This document shows, one piece after another, positions 19,711-29,589 of a DNA stretch of 64,000 bases (its first letter is position 1; every line of letters begins with the position of its first letter). Location: NCBI GenBank assembly GCA_013298805.1, contig JAAFIU010000003.1:49-64048 (forward strand). Direction: 5' to 3'. Below the pieces are notes generated by a model, which saw only the letters and a list, made by a program, of their open reading frames with translations, had not been told where the DNA came from and ran no database searches. Made by a program: the position numbers and the translations under genes. The stretch is from Cytophagales bacterium (GTDB lineage Bacteria; Bacteroidota; Bacteroidia; Cytophagales; Spirosomataceae).

Positions 19711-20589
19711 ATGCAGTCAGAAAAAAGTGTAATCAATTTTGAAGGTTTATATGGAGATTCTCAAGGAAAGTATTCTTCGGAATATGTGTTTTTAGAACTT
19801 ATCGCTACTCGAAGTCAATCTTTCGATTGGAATATTAAACCTCATATTCATACCCACCTATTTCAAGTGTTTATTGTTAAAAAAGGCTCTTTAACACTAC
19901 TGGATGGCACAAAAACCCATAAACTCGAAGCTCCCTGTATATTATTGATACCACCCACTTTGTTGCATGGTTTGGTTTATTCGCCAAATATTGAAGGGTC
20001 TATTCTTACCTTATCGGAAAGCATAATTGGGGATATTTTTAAAACATCCAATCCAATTTGGAAAACTTTTGAAAAAATTAGAATTTTAACGCATTTTGAT
20101 GAAGATTCTTCGTTTGAAAAGCTATTGAAGGTTTTAAAAACTATTGAAGATGAATTATTTCATGACAACGCTGAAAGGTTTTTGATGCTACGGTCGTATA
20201 TCACTCAATTTTTCATTTGCCTTCACAGACTTACCAAACAAGAAGAAGCCGTACACAGTGATTCAATGATGATTACTCATTTTCGTAAATTTCAACAGAA
20301 CATCAAACATTCAGAATATCCCAAAAATATTCCAGCATTTGCTGAAGAACTGAATATTACGCCCGTTCATTTGAATAGAATTTGTAAAGCAGTTTCTGGA
20401 AAATCTGCCATAGAATTAGTGCATCAAAACCTTATTGGGGAAGCACAAAAATATTTAATACATACATCATATTCTATTTCTGAAATTTCATTTTTACTCA
20501 AATTTGAATATCCGAACTACTTTGCCAAACTCTTCAAAAAATACGTTGGAATGTCCCCGAATGAATATCGAAAATACGACAGAAAGTAG
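19711..20589 (+). CDS. AraC-family regulator with N-terminal cupin (PobR-like), divergent from the dioxygenase
   Basis: W.IKPHIHTHLFQ cupin; C-terminal HTH SISEISFLLKFEYPNYFAKLFKK. Start codon uncertain (19687 or 19711). Confidence 0.85.
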   Translation: MQSEKSVINFEGLYGDSQGKYSSEYVFLELIATRSQSFDWNIKPHIHTHLFQVFIVKKGSLTLLDGTKTHKLEAPCILLIPPTLLHGLVYSPNIEGSILTLSESIIGDIFKTSNPIWKTFEKIRILTHFDEDSSFEKLLKVLKTIEDELFHDNAERFLMLRSYITQFFICLHRLTKQEEAVHSDSMMITHFRKFQQNIKHSEYPKNIPAFAEELNITPVHLNRICKAVSGKSAIELVHQNLIGEAQKYLIHTSYSISEISFLLKFEYPNYFAKLFKKYVGMSPNEYRKYDRK

Positions 20590-20806
20590 TTGATTCTAAG
20601 CGATGAGCGATTTGTAAAAATAATATTATTTCAATACGAAATTATCCATGTACGATTGTACGCCAATGACCCGATGAATTGAAAATTTATAGAAATTGTA
20701 TCTACCTTTGTATGATTGAAAGTTTCAAATCGGCAATAATCCTTATTTTAATGGCTGTTTTATCTAAACATGGATTATTGATATTTTAAATTAAAACAAA
20801 AAACAA

Positions 20807-21151
20807 ATGTCAGAATTTTCACCATGCCCAAAATGTAATTGTGAATATACTTATCCAAGCGATAATTTATTAGTTTGTCCAGAATGTTTTCACGAATGGA
20901 ATCCTGAGGATGTTGAAACTGAAACCGAAGATACAGGTTTGAAGGTTATAGATTCAAATGGAAATGAATTAAAAGATGGCGACACTGTCGTTGTAATCAA
21001 GGACTTACCCGTGAAAGGTGCGCCAAAATCTATTAAAGCGGGAACTAAGGTTAAAAATATTCGTTTAACCGAAGGCGACCATAATATTGATTGCAAAATT
21101 GACGGCTTTGGTGCAATGGGCTTGAAGTCTGAATTTGTAAGAAAGGCTTAG
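20807..21151 (+). CDS. phnA: PhnA/YjdM zinc-ribbon protein
   Basis: [34 protein letters not shown]. Confidence 0.9.
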   Translation: MSEFSPCPKCNCEYTYPSDNLLVCPECFHEWNPEDVETETEDTGLKVIDSNGNELKDGDTVVVIKDLPVKGAPKSIKAGTKVKNIRLTEGDHNIDCKIDGFGAMGLKSEFVRKA

Positions 21152-21169
21152 ATTTGGATAGATAAAGTT

Positions 21170-21207
21170 AAAAAGGCTTGATAGTTCGTAAACTATCAAG
21201 CCTTTTT
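21170..21207. terminator. Bidirectional intrinsic terminator
   Basis: AAAAAGGCTTGATAGTT-CGTA-AACTATCAAGCCTTTTT between convergent genes. Confidence 0.85.
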
Positions 21208-22418
21208 TAGTTGAGAAACTGTGTAATAAAATTTGGTTTTTCTTGAATTCTCTCAATCAGCCATGCAAATGCCAAAATCATCATCAAAACTGCTCCGATT
21301 TGTCGAATTAATTTATAATAGGATGTTTTTGAAAGTAAAATTAGTATTGGAAAAACTAATAAGATGATGAATAATTGCATCAACTCAATGCCGATATTAA
21401 ATCCGAAAATACTCATAACTAATTGCTTTACAGATAATTGTAAATTGGTAAGTGTTTCAGAAAAAGCCAAACCATGTATTAAACCAAAACTTGCAGCAAT
21501 GAAAATTTCTTTCTTCGGATAAATTGGTCGAAAAGCATGAAAAGCTGAAATTAAAATGGTGACGGCAATTAAAACTTCTATGGGCTTACTCGGAAAACTT
21601 AACCATTGAATTGTTCCTAAAATGAGCGTTAGTGAGTGTCCAATAGTGAATGCCGTTACAATTTTGAGTAAATTCAAAACACTTGATTTAATTCCACTGA
21701 ATTTTCCCCATTTTTTATCTTCCACCAAAAGCATGGCAGGAAGAAGCAAAGTCAATAAAAAAAGGGTATGGTCTGTGCCATCAGCGATGTGCCTAATGCC
21801 CAATGATACCATATTTTTGAAGCCTTTCCAAGCACTACCTTGTTGCAAACTAATTTGAAATGGGAATATTTTTCCTGTTGGCACGTCCATAGAAATTACG
21901 CCAACCTCCTGATAAGTAGAGTCTTCGCTAACGATTCCTTGTTGCCAATCTTGTTTGATAGATACCAAAATTTTATGACTTGCTACTTGATGCAGAATGA
22001 CATCATAGTCAAAATAGAAATTTCGGAGGTCATAAAATGGGGGAGGAGTCATTGAAAATTCAACGTTAAGTTCTTTATAATCGCCCGTTAATCTGCTTTT
22101 TATTTCCACAAGATTCATATTTCCAAGCACAACATTCCAAGGTTTGCCATCGAAAGTTTTTGGGCGAATATGTTTCAACAAATAGCTTCTAAAAGAATCT
22201 CCCAACCGTTCAATTAATCGGTTTGAATTATCATTTACCCCCATTCCGATGGCAGATTGTAATTCACTCAATGGTAGTTGAATTTCTCCAGAAATGTGTT
22301 TTTCATGGATATTCAAAACAACCAAAGAATTAGGCATTGGATGTGCAAATAAACTCTTCAATTCTACAAATTGTAGCACAAAGACGAGTAAAAGAAGGTT
22401 TTTGATTCTATTCATCAA
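21207..22418 (-). CDS. HupE/UreJ-family membrane protein with N-terminal extracytoplasmic domain
   Basis: Mature N-terminus after ..FA|HPMP; GIRHI..GTDHTLFL, TAFTIGHSLTL, FGLIHGLAF, FNIGIE. Confidence 0.85.
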   Translation of the reverse strand: MMNRIKNLLLLVFVLQFVELKSLFAHPMPNSLVVLNIHEKHISGEIQLPLSELQSAIGMGVNDNSNRLIERLGDSFRSYLLKHIRPKTFDGKPWNVVLGNMNLVEIKSRLTGDYKELNVEFSMTPPPFYDLRNFYFDYDVILHQVASHKILVSIKQDWQQGIVSEDSTYQEVGVISMDVPTGKIFPFQISLQQGSAWKGFKNMVSLGIRHIADGTDHTLFLLTLLLPAMLLVEDKKWGKFSGIKSSVLNLLKIVTAFTIGHSLTLILGTIQWLSFPSKPIEVLIAVTILISAFHAFRPIYPKKEIFIAASFGLIHGLAFSETLTNLQLSVKQLVMSIFGFNIGIELMQLFIILLVFPILILLSKTSYYKLIRQIGAVLMMILAFAWLIERIQEKPNFITQFLN

Positions 22419-22550
22419 GATTTATTTTGAAGTGGCTTTATACCTAATAATTAGGGATTGACATTGAACCTATTTTACCCAAATAATAACTTAAACAAGC
22501 TGAATACATTTGGCATTCAACCTGCTTAGAACTCATGTATTGACCTATAA

Positions 22551-23960
22551 TTAATTTGCACCGTAATCAGCCAATCTATCTCTCCAAACCGAGTGAGGGT
22601 GATTTGCATTTCTTACAATAATTCCACCTTGCATTGAGAACTCAATCCAAACATTTGGACCATCAATCAAAACATAATCGCCTTTTGAAGTCAAATCTGT
22701 TGTACCATAATATGAAATGTAGGTATTATCAATATCCGTTTTGTACTTGGCATAAACAGCAGTTGCCGCTTTATTATCTAAATCGTCAGTATAGGTTTTG
22801 ATGGCAGCTAATACCAAATCTTTTTGGGTTTGGGTCAAATTACCAACTTTTATACCTGTTTTGTTAGTGGGAAAACTACTATCTTTTTGAGGACCAGCAA
22901 TTAAATCATTTTGAGCCGCAGAACGTTTGGCAGTGGTAAGTTCAGAAGACCCCAAACCTTTTAACATCGCTGAAAGAGCATTTAACTCTTGAGCAATTGG
23001 CTGATATGTAATGTTTTTCCAAATAAAATTCGGGAATGGTTCTGTTGAACGGAATGAAGGTGTTCCACCCGTCATTTTACCACCATTATAAGTATGAATA
23101 ATTGTGCCATGATGACCACCAATTTGTAAACACCATAAGCCCGTTGCACTTGGAGTTCCTATAAAGGCAACATAATAATTACCAGAACCATAGTCTGACC
23201 CACCTCCAATTGAATTTAGGTAATCATCTGCTGCCAAAATCCCAATATATTCTTCGCTCCCCTCACTTGATGTTGAGCTTGTCGCAGCTTTCAATAAATC
23301 ATAAAATGCCGTCCACTGAGCCGTTGTAAAGGTACTTGACTGTAAACCAACTCTTCCTTTGTATAGACCTTCGGGAAGATTAGACCATTTTTGAGCGTGA
23401 GTTTTATTATAAGAATCTTGAAGGGAAGTTACTTGAGTAGAAGTCAAAGAAGTTTTAAATGCTTCTGCCATTTTTACGATGTTAGCAATATCAGTATCGA
23501 CCGACCAAGCTGTTCCAGATGTTGAGCCTCCTGTTGACCCCGCCGCTGCCACACTTAATGACAAAGTACATGATTGACCACCCAAAGTTATGGCAAAGGT
23601 TGCCGTTCCACTTGATGCAGGCGTACCCGTAATGGCAAAAATAGCAGAGCCTGTTCCAGAAGCTAAAGTCCCAGCCGTTAAAGTAGCAGTTAAACCTGTT
23701 ACGCCAACCGAACTTACAGCAGTTCCAGTAGAATAAACGCCCGCATTTCCACCTGTATATGGTACAGAGGCGGTTCCTGTGTATGCAGTTCCCGCAGTGG
23801 CAGTTGCCGAGAATGTTGCTGAGGTGCAGTTTAATGCCGTAACGCTTGCCGTAGTTGTAATAGTAGAAACATCTTCCGTTTTGCAGCTATAAATTAGGAG
23901 CATTGTTAATAATGCAGTACCAAAAATTGAAGTTTTTAAATTCATTTTGTTGTTGTTCAT
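22551..23960 (-). CDS. DUF3500-domain lipoprotein with Thr/Gly/Ser-rich N-terminal domain
   Basis: Lipobox IYSC; WSNLP, YYVAFIGTPS, QIGGHH, IDGPNVWIEF, HPHSVWRD..DYG. Confidence 0.8.
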   Translation of the reverse strand: MNNNKMNLKTSIFGTALLTMLLIYSCKTEDVSTITTTASVTALNCTSATFSATATAGTAYTGTASVPYTGGNAGVYSTGTAVSSVGVTGLTATLTAGTLASGTGSAIFAITGTPASSGTATFAITLGGQSCTLSLSVAAAGSTGGSTSGTAWSVDTDIANIVKMAEAFKTSLTSTQVTSLQDSYNKTHAQKWSNLPEGLYKGRVGLQSSTFTTAQWTAFYDLLKAATSSTSSEGSEEYIGILAADDYLNSIGGGSDYGSGNYYVAFIGTPSATGLWCLQIGGHHGTIIHTYNGGKMTGGTPSFRSTEPFPNFIWKNITYQPIAQELNALSAMLKGLGSSELTTAKRSAAQNDLIAGPQKDSSFPTNKTGIKVGNLTQTQKDLVLAAIKTYTDDLDNKAATAVYAKYKTDIDNTYISYYGTTDLTSKGDYVLIDGPNVWIEFSMQGGIIVRNANHPHSVWRDRLADYGAN

Positions 23961-24169
23961 GTTCTATTTAGAATGATTTTAATGAGCATACGCCAATTTT
24001 GCCTTTTATATTGGCTTGCTGTAAAAAAAATAGAATAGGGTTTTATTTGAAATAACCTCACCAAAGGGGTTCAAGTACAAAGCATGGTAAACTTTACTTT
24101 GTGTCTATTTACATTTGTTAAATGGCGTTAGCCCCTCATTTTTAACATCATATTCATCCATAAAATATT

Positions 24170-24982
24170 ATGAAAACCAATCACCATTCACCAGCCATGG
24201 CATTACGAAAATTATTTTTTTTACTCATAATTATCTTGGGCTTATCTTCAATGACATTTGCAGCCAAACGAGATTTTTATCAAATGAAAGTCTATCATCT
24301 CAAAACGAAAGACCAAGAAGCTCGTCTGGATGTTTTTTTAAAAAATGCCTACTTGCCAGCCCTTCACCGTACTGGAATTAGCAGTGTTGGTGTTTTTAAA
24401 CCCATTGTGGCAAAAGATGCTCCCGAACCAACCGACATTCTTGTTTATGTATTTATTCCGTTCAAATCGTCGGATGATTTTTTTAAACTTGATAAAAAAC
24501 TTGCCGAAGACAAGCAATATGCCATTGATGGAAAAGACTATCTTGATGCCGCTTATAATAATGCTCCGTTTGGTCGGATTGAATCAATTTTGCTTTCTGC
24601 TTTTACCGAAGCTCCAATCTTTAATTTACCCGTTTTGAGTTCTCCAAAATCAGAAAGAGTTTATGAATTAAGGAGTTATGAAGGCCCAACGGAAAAACTT
24701 TATTTGAATAAAGTTGATATGTTTAATCGAGGCGGAGAAGTTACGCTGTTTAAAAGATTAGGTTTCAATGCGGTTTTCTATGCGGAAGTAATTTCGGGCG
24801 GGCAAATGCCTAATTTGATGTATATGACAACTTTTGAGAATAAAGCCGCTCGTGACGAACATTGGAAGGCATTTTCAAGCGATGATTACTGGAAAAAATT
24901 AGTTGCCATGCCTGAGTATCAGCACAATGTTTCAAAAAATGACACTCGCTTTCTTTATCCAGCCGATTATTCGGATATTTAA
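24170..24982 (+). CDS. NIPSNAP-family secreted protein
   Basis: RVYELRSYE, PNLMYMTTF, HWKAF; two dimeric alpha/beta barrel repeats. Confidence 0.85.
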   Translation: MKTNHHSPAMALRKLFFLLIIILGLSSMTFAAKRDFYQMKVYHLKTKDQEARLDVFLKNAYLPALHRTGISSVGVFKPIVAKDAPEPTDILVYVFIPFKSSDDFFKLDKKLAEDKQYAIDGKDYLDAAYNNAPFGRIESILLSAFTEAPIFNLPVLSSPKSERVYELRSYEGPTEKLYLNKVDMFNRGGEVTLFKRLGFNAVFYAEVISGGQMPNLMYMTTFENKAARDEHWKAFSSDDYWKKLVAMPEYQHNVSKNDTRFLYPADYSDI

Positions 24983-24987
24983 TTTAA

Positions 24988-25040
24988 GAAGCTGTTTAGG
25001 TTAATTTTTTGAACGTGAATAAATTAACCTAAACAGCTTC
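24988..25040. mobile_element. 53-bp MITE with 20-bp TIR and TAA target duplication
   Basis: taa|GAAGCTGTTTAGGTTAATTT ... AAATTAACCTAAACAGCTTC|taa. Confidence 0.7.
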
Positions 25041-25060
25041 TAAGTATTCCCAAAAACCTA

Positions 25061-27733
25061 ATGATGAGATTTATTAAGCTTCTGCTTACATTTTTTCTTG
25101 CTAACTGTTTGAATAGCAATGCTCAAATTAGTTTACCAAAACTAATTTCGGATAATATGGTTTTGCAACGAGACAAGCCCATTAAAATATGGGGTTGGGC
25201 ATCGCCAAAAGAAAAAATTACCGTGATTTTTAATAAAAAATCCTACAAAACCATTACATCTGATAATGGAAAATGGGACTTAGCCCTTCCTTCGCAGTCA
25301 GCAGGAACGGGCTACGAAATGCTCTTGAAAGGTAAAAATGAAATCCGTATCAAAAATATTGCTTTGGGCGATGTTTGGCTGTGCAGTGGGCAGTCCAATA
25401 TGGTAATACCAATGGAAAGAGTCAAGGAAAAATACCCTGAAGACATTAAAAATGCCTATTTTCCTGATATTCGTAATTTCTTTGTGTCAACACTTACCGA
25501 CTTAAAAACGCCAAATGAAGACTTCCCAAAAGGTGAATGGAAAACTGCCAATCCTAAAGATGTACTTACTTTCGGAGCGGTTACTTACTTTTTTGCCCGA
25601 GAGATTCACGAAAAATACAAAGTCCCGATTGGTATTATCAATAGTTCGGTAGGTGGTACGCCCATTGAGGCTTGGATTAGTGAAGATGGGTATAAAAATT
25701 TCGCTGATATTCCGAAAATTATTGCTCGAAATAAAGATACAAACTTTGTCAATTCATTCAAAAAACCGCTTGTCCCTTTTATTCCAAATACTGCAACTAT
25801 CAACGATTTAGGAAAAATAGAACATTGGGAAATGCCTGATTATCAACCGAAAGGATGGAGAAATTTCAATATTCCTGGTTATTGGGAAGACCAAGGACTC
25901 AAAGATTTGAATGGAGTTGTCTGGTTTAGAAGAACATTTAATATTCCAGAAAATTGGCAAGGAAAATCCATAAAGCTATACATGGGGCGTATCGTTGATG
26001 CTGATGAAATGTATGTAAATGGAACAAAAATTGGAAATATTACTTACCAATATCCCCCAAGGCGATATGAAATTCCCGCTAATTTGCTTAAAACTGGGAA
26101 AAATGTATTTGTGATAAGGGTAACTAATTCGGCAGGAAAAGGGGGCTTTGTACCTGATAAACCCTATTTTATGACTGCCGAAGATGAAGAAATAGACCTA
26201 AAAGGCACGTGGCAGTATAAAGTCGGAGAGGTATATTCATCTTTAAATGTGGCAGTTTTTGGGCAAAACTCTTTTGTTCATCAAAATCAGCCTACCGCTT
26301 TATTTAATGCAATGATTGCTCCTGTTTTGCCCATGAAGATAAGTGGTTTTTTATGGTATCAGGGTGAAAGTAATGCAGAAACACCACGACCATATTATAC
26401 TTATATGCCAACGCTCATTCAGGATTGGCGACAACATTGGAATGACAATAGCCTCCCTTTTTTGGTGGTTCAATTGGCTAATTTTCAAGACGTAAATTAT
26501 ACCCCAACAGAAAGTAATTGGGCAAAGCTAAGAGAGGCACAAAATAAGGCTTTGAGTTTGCCGAATACTGCCGTAACTACCACCATAGATTTAGGCGAAT
26601 GGAATGATATTCATCCATTAAACAAAAAAGATATTGGCAAACGATTGGCACTTTCAGCTCAAAATTTAGCTTATAAAGACAAGAATGTTGTTTATTCTGG
26701 ACCAAGTTATAAGTCTCAAAGCATTGAAAATGAACGAATTGTAATCACTTTTGATAATGTTTCTGACGGCATTGTTTCTAAAGATAATGAGGAATTACGG
26801 TGGTTTTCGATTGCGGATTATGCTGAGAAATTTGTGTGGGCAAAAGTAAAAATTGTAGGGAAAGATAAAATAGAAGTATGGAATGAATCCGTAAAAACAC
26901 CAAAGTATGTTCGCTATGCTTGGCAAGATAATCCAGAAGGTGTGAATTTTTACAATTCGGAAGGTTTGCCCGCATCACCTTTTAGAACTGACAACCAAAA
27001 TTGGGACGACAATAAGCCGTGGAAAGGTAAAAAATGCTCCGTTGTATTAACTTATGACGATGCCCTCAATGTTCATCTTGACAACGTAATTCCAGCATTA
27101 GATTCTTTAAATCTGAAAGGCACATTTTATTTGACGGCTTCGTCTGATGCAGGTTCTAAAAGAATAAATGACTGGCGAAGAGCCGCTAATAATGGGCATG
27201 AATTGGGGAATCATACTCTTTATCACCCTTGTGATGCCACTTTACCAGGCATGAGTTGGGTTAAACCTGAGTACGATTTGAGTAAATACAGCTTGAAAAG
27301 AATCCAAGATGAAATCAAAATGTGTAATGCTTATTTGAATTCTATTGATGGCAAAGATGAACGAACTTTTGCCTTTACTTGCGGACATAAAAAGGTAATT
27401 GAAGGAGAATTTATGCAATCGCTCAGTTCAGATTTCATAGCAGCACGCTCAGTACGAAGTGAAATGCACAGCATCGAAGAACAGAAACTCTTAGATATTG
27501 ACTGTTATAGCATGGAGGGAACTTCTGGAGAAAAAATGATTGAATTAGTGAAGCAAGCTCAAATTTCTGGAAAATTATTGGTTTTCCTTTTTCATGGTGT
27601 CGGGGGTGAACATGGCTTAAATGTTGCCAAAGAAGCACATAGTCAGTTAATTCATTATTTGAAAGAAAACGAAAAAGATATTTATATAGATACCATGCTT
27701 CATGTTGCCCAACATATTAAAGAGATGAAATAA
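25061..27733 (+). CDS. Sialate O-acetylesterase (SASA)-like protein fused to a C-terminal polysaccharide deacetylase (CE4/NodB) domain
   Basis: GDVWLCSGQSNM, WYQGESN, DIHP; then LTYDDA, HELGNHT..H, FLFHGVGG. Confidence 0.85.
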   Translation: MMRFIKLLLTFFLANCLNSNAQISLPKLISDNMVLQRDKPIKIWGWASPKEKITVIFNKKSYKTITSDNGKWDLALPSQSAGTGYEMLLKGKNEIRIKNIALGDVWLCSGQSNMVIPMERVKEKYPEDIKNAYFPDIRNFFVSTLTDLKTPNEDFPKGEWKTANPKDVLTFGAVTYFFAREIHEKYKVPIGIINSSVGGTPIEAWISEDGYKNFADIPKIIARNKDTNFVNSFKKPLVPFIPNTATINDLGKIEHWEMPDYQPKGWRNFNIPGYWEDQGLKDLNGVVWFRRTFNIPENWQGKSIKLYMGRIVDADEMYVNGTKIGNITYQYPPRRYEIPANLLKTGKNVFVIRVTNSAGKGGFVPDKPYFMTAEDEEIDLKGTWQYKVGEVYSSLNVAVFGQNSFVHQNQPTALFNAMIAPVLPMKISGFLWYQGESNAETPRPYYTYMPTLIQDWRQHWNDNSLPFLVVQLANFQDVNYTPTESNWAKLREAQNKALSLPNTAVTTTIDLGEWNDIHPLNKKDIGKRLALSAQNLAYKDKNVVYSGPSYKSQSIENERIVITFDNVSDGIVSKDNEELRWFSIADYAEKFVWAKVKIVGKDKIEVWNESVKTPKYVRYAWQDNPEGVNFYNSEGLPASPFRTDNQNWDDNKPWKGKKCSVVLTYDDALNVHLDNVIPALDSLNLKGTFYLTASSDAGSKRINDWRRAANNGHELGNHTLYHPCDATLPGMSWVKPEYDLSKYSLKRIQDEIKMCNAYLNSIDGKDERTFAFTCGHKKVIEGEFMQSLSSDFIAARSVRSEMHSIEEQKLLDIDCYSMEGTSGEKMIELVKQAQISGKLLVFLFHGVGGEHGLNVAKEAHSQLIHYLKENEKDIYIDTMLHVAQHIKEMK

Positions 27734-27816
27734 AGACTTTCATTCTCAAATACGGAGAGCATCAAAGAGTTGGTTAATAGACTTCATGTTTGAGAGAAAT
27801 CCAGAGAGGTCGTTTT

Positions 27817-28542
27817 TTACATTTTGAACCTGTACAAATACGGGGCTTTATTGGCTGCACCCGTAAATTTCTTTTCGAGGCGGTCCAAAACATTCATATC
27901 CAACATCTTTTTCTGAAAATTATTTCTGGCAAAAGGCTTATCATAAACTGCCTCATAAAGTTCTTGAACTTCTCTCATTGTAAAAGTTTCGGGTAAAAGA
28001 TTGAACCCAATTAATTTTTCATCCAAATTTTGACGGAGCGTTTCTAAAGCATAAGTTACCATTTCATTATGATCCATTATCAATTTTGGCAAATCCTTGA
28101 TATTATACCAATCAATTGATTCATCAAAGTCAGTACATTGAGGGTTAACTTTATTGATGTCCACCAAGGCATAATAGCCAATTGAAACAAATCTTTTGGT
28201 TAGCCAATTCATATTCTCGTCATCAAAAATACCTTTTTCTCTCAACTCCTGTTTGACTACGCTAATTCCCTCAAATATCTCATTATTAACACGTTGAGGC
28301 TCTCCAAAAACTCTAAATTGTTCCAAATAAATATCTCTAATCCCAGTTCTTTCTTCCAAAATCCTGAGTGCTGCTTCGTCAATTCCTTCTTCCTGCATGA
28401 TAAAACCACCTGGTAAAGCCCAAAGATTTTCTTTCAAATCCAATTTTGGAACGAGAACTTTCAAGGCTGCATCCTTATATCCCAGAATTACACAATCAAT
28501 TGAAAGCTGATGAATAAAGTTATGTTCGTCAAATAATTTCAT
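27817..28542 (-). CDS. NrtR/AraR-type Nudix + winged-helix regulator
   Basis: SIDCVILG, WALPGGF, RILEERTG, LLPETFTM.E.Q.LYE, NFQKKM. Confidence 0.9.
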   Translation of the reverse strand: MKLFDEHNFIHQLSIDCVILGYKDAALKVLVPKLDLKENLWALPGGFIMQEEGIDEAALRILEERTGIRDIYLEQFRVFGEPQRVNNEIFEGISVVKQELREKGIFDDENMNWLTKRFVSIGYYALVDINKVNPQCTDFDESIDWYNIKDLPKLIMDHNEMVTYALETLRQNLDEKLIGFNLLPETFTMREVQELYEAVYDKPFARNNFQKKMLDMNVLDRLEKKFTGAANKAPYLYRFKM

Positions 28543-28634
28543 TTAGTCGGTTTTAAACTTATAAAGGTAATTTATATCCTTAAATACTACCGTTTGTAAA
28601 ATATAAATATTCAAAGATATAGTAAAATTAAAAA

Positions 28635-28657
28635 TATTGTCTTAAAAATAGACAATA
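28635..28657. promoter_or_regulatory. Candidate operator palindrome in the divergent NrtR/SDR promoter region
   Basis: TATTGTCT-N7-AGACAATA just upstream of a TACATTTG (-7 type) element. Confidence 0.4.
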
Positions 28658-28777
28658 AATGAAAATTGTTTTTACATTTGTTAAATAAATATACTTTCCC
28701 AATCAATATAATTTAATCAAGAGAGATACTAAAAACTGTTTTATGGTCTGTCTGGGAAGGTAAAACAATCAGAATCT

Positions 28778-29548
28778 ATGAGTGATAAAAACTTAAAAGT
28801 AGCGGTTATTACAGGTGCAGCACGTGGTATCGGTTTTGAAGTTGCCAAAAGATTTCATGCCGAAGGTTATCTTGTCGTTATTATTGACAATGATAAAACG
28901 ACAATGCAGGAATGTCAAAGCCGCTTGGAAGGAGAAAATGGATATTCGTATTTTCTATGTGATGTATCAAATCCTGAACAGGTAAAAACAACTTTTGAGA
29001 AGATTACGGAACAATTTCCTGCCATTCATGCACTCGTAAATAATGCAGGTATTGCTATTTTTAAACCTGCCGAAGAAATCACTTTTGAAGATTGGAGTGC
29101 CGTAATGTCCACTAATCTGAATGGTACTTTCCTTTGTAGTCAAGCCTGTTTATCAGCTTTAGTTTTAGGGCAAGGGAGTATTGTAAACATTGCCAGTATT
29201 TCCGGATTGCGAGCAAGCACTTTACGAATCGCCTACGGGACGAGCAAGGCGGCGATAATGCACCTTACCAAACAACAAGCAGTAGAATATGGCAACAAAG
29301 GCGTTCGAGCAAATGCCGTAGCACCTGGCCCCGTGGAAACAGAAATGGCAAAATTGGTGCATAGTGCCGACATTAGAACCTCTTATGCAGATGCCATTCC
29401 TTTGGCTCGATATGGCTCAACCGAAGAAATTTCAAATATGGTGTATTTCCTGTGTAGCCCACAAGCGAGTTATATCAACGGTCAAGTCATTGCAGCCGAT
29501 GGTGGTTTTGATGCCGCAGGGGTTGGTTTGCCAAGTTTACGTGTATAA
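28778..29548 (+). CDS. Short-chain dehydrogenase/reductase
   Basis: TGAARGIG, NNAG, YGTSK, NAVAPG. Confidence 0.95.
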   Translation: MSDKNLKVAVITGAARGIGFEVAKRFHAEGYLVVIIDNDKTTMQECQSRLEGENGYSYFLCDVSNPEQVKTTFEKITEQFPAIHALVNNAGIAIFKPAEEITFEDWSAVMSTNLNGTFLCSQACLSALVLGQGSIVNIASISGLRASTLRIAYGTSKAAIMHLTKQQAVEYGNKGVRANAVAPGPVETEMAKLVHSADIRTSYADAIPLARYGSTEEISNMVYFLCSPQASYINGQVIAADGGFDAAGVGLPSLRV

Positions 29549-29589
29549 AAAATCTCTAATTCAATCATTTACCCAACCACTCATTAAAC

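Noticed and set aside
23520-23880. Thr/Gly/Ser/Ala-rich low-complexity tract
   Set aside because: Explained as the coding sequence of an extracellular domain and linker; no nucleotide-level repeat array.
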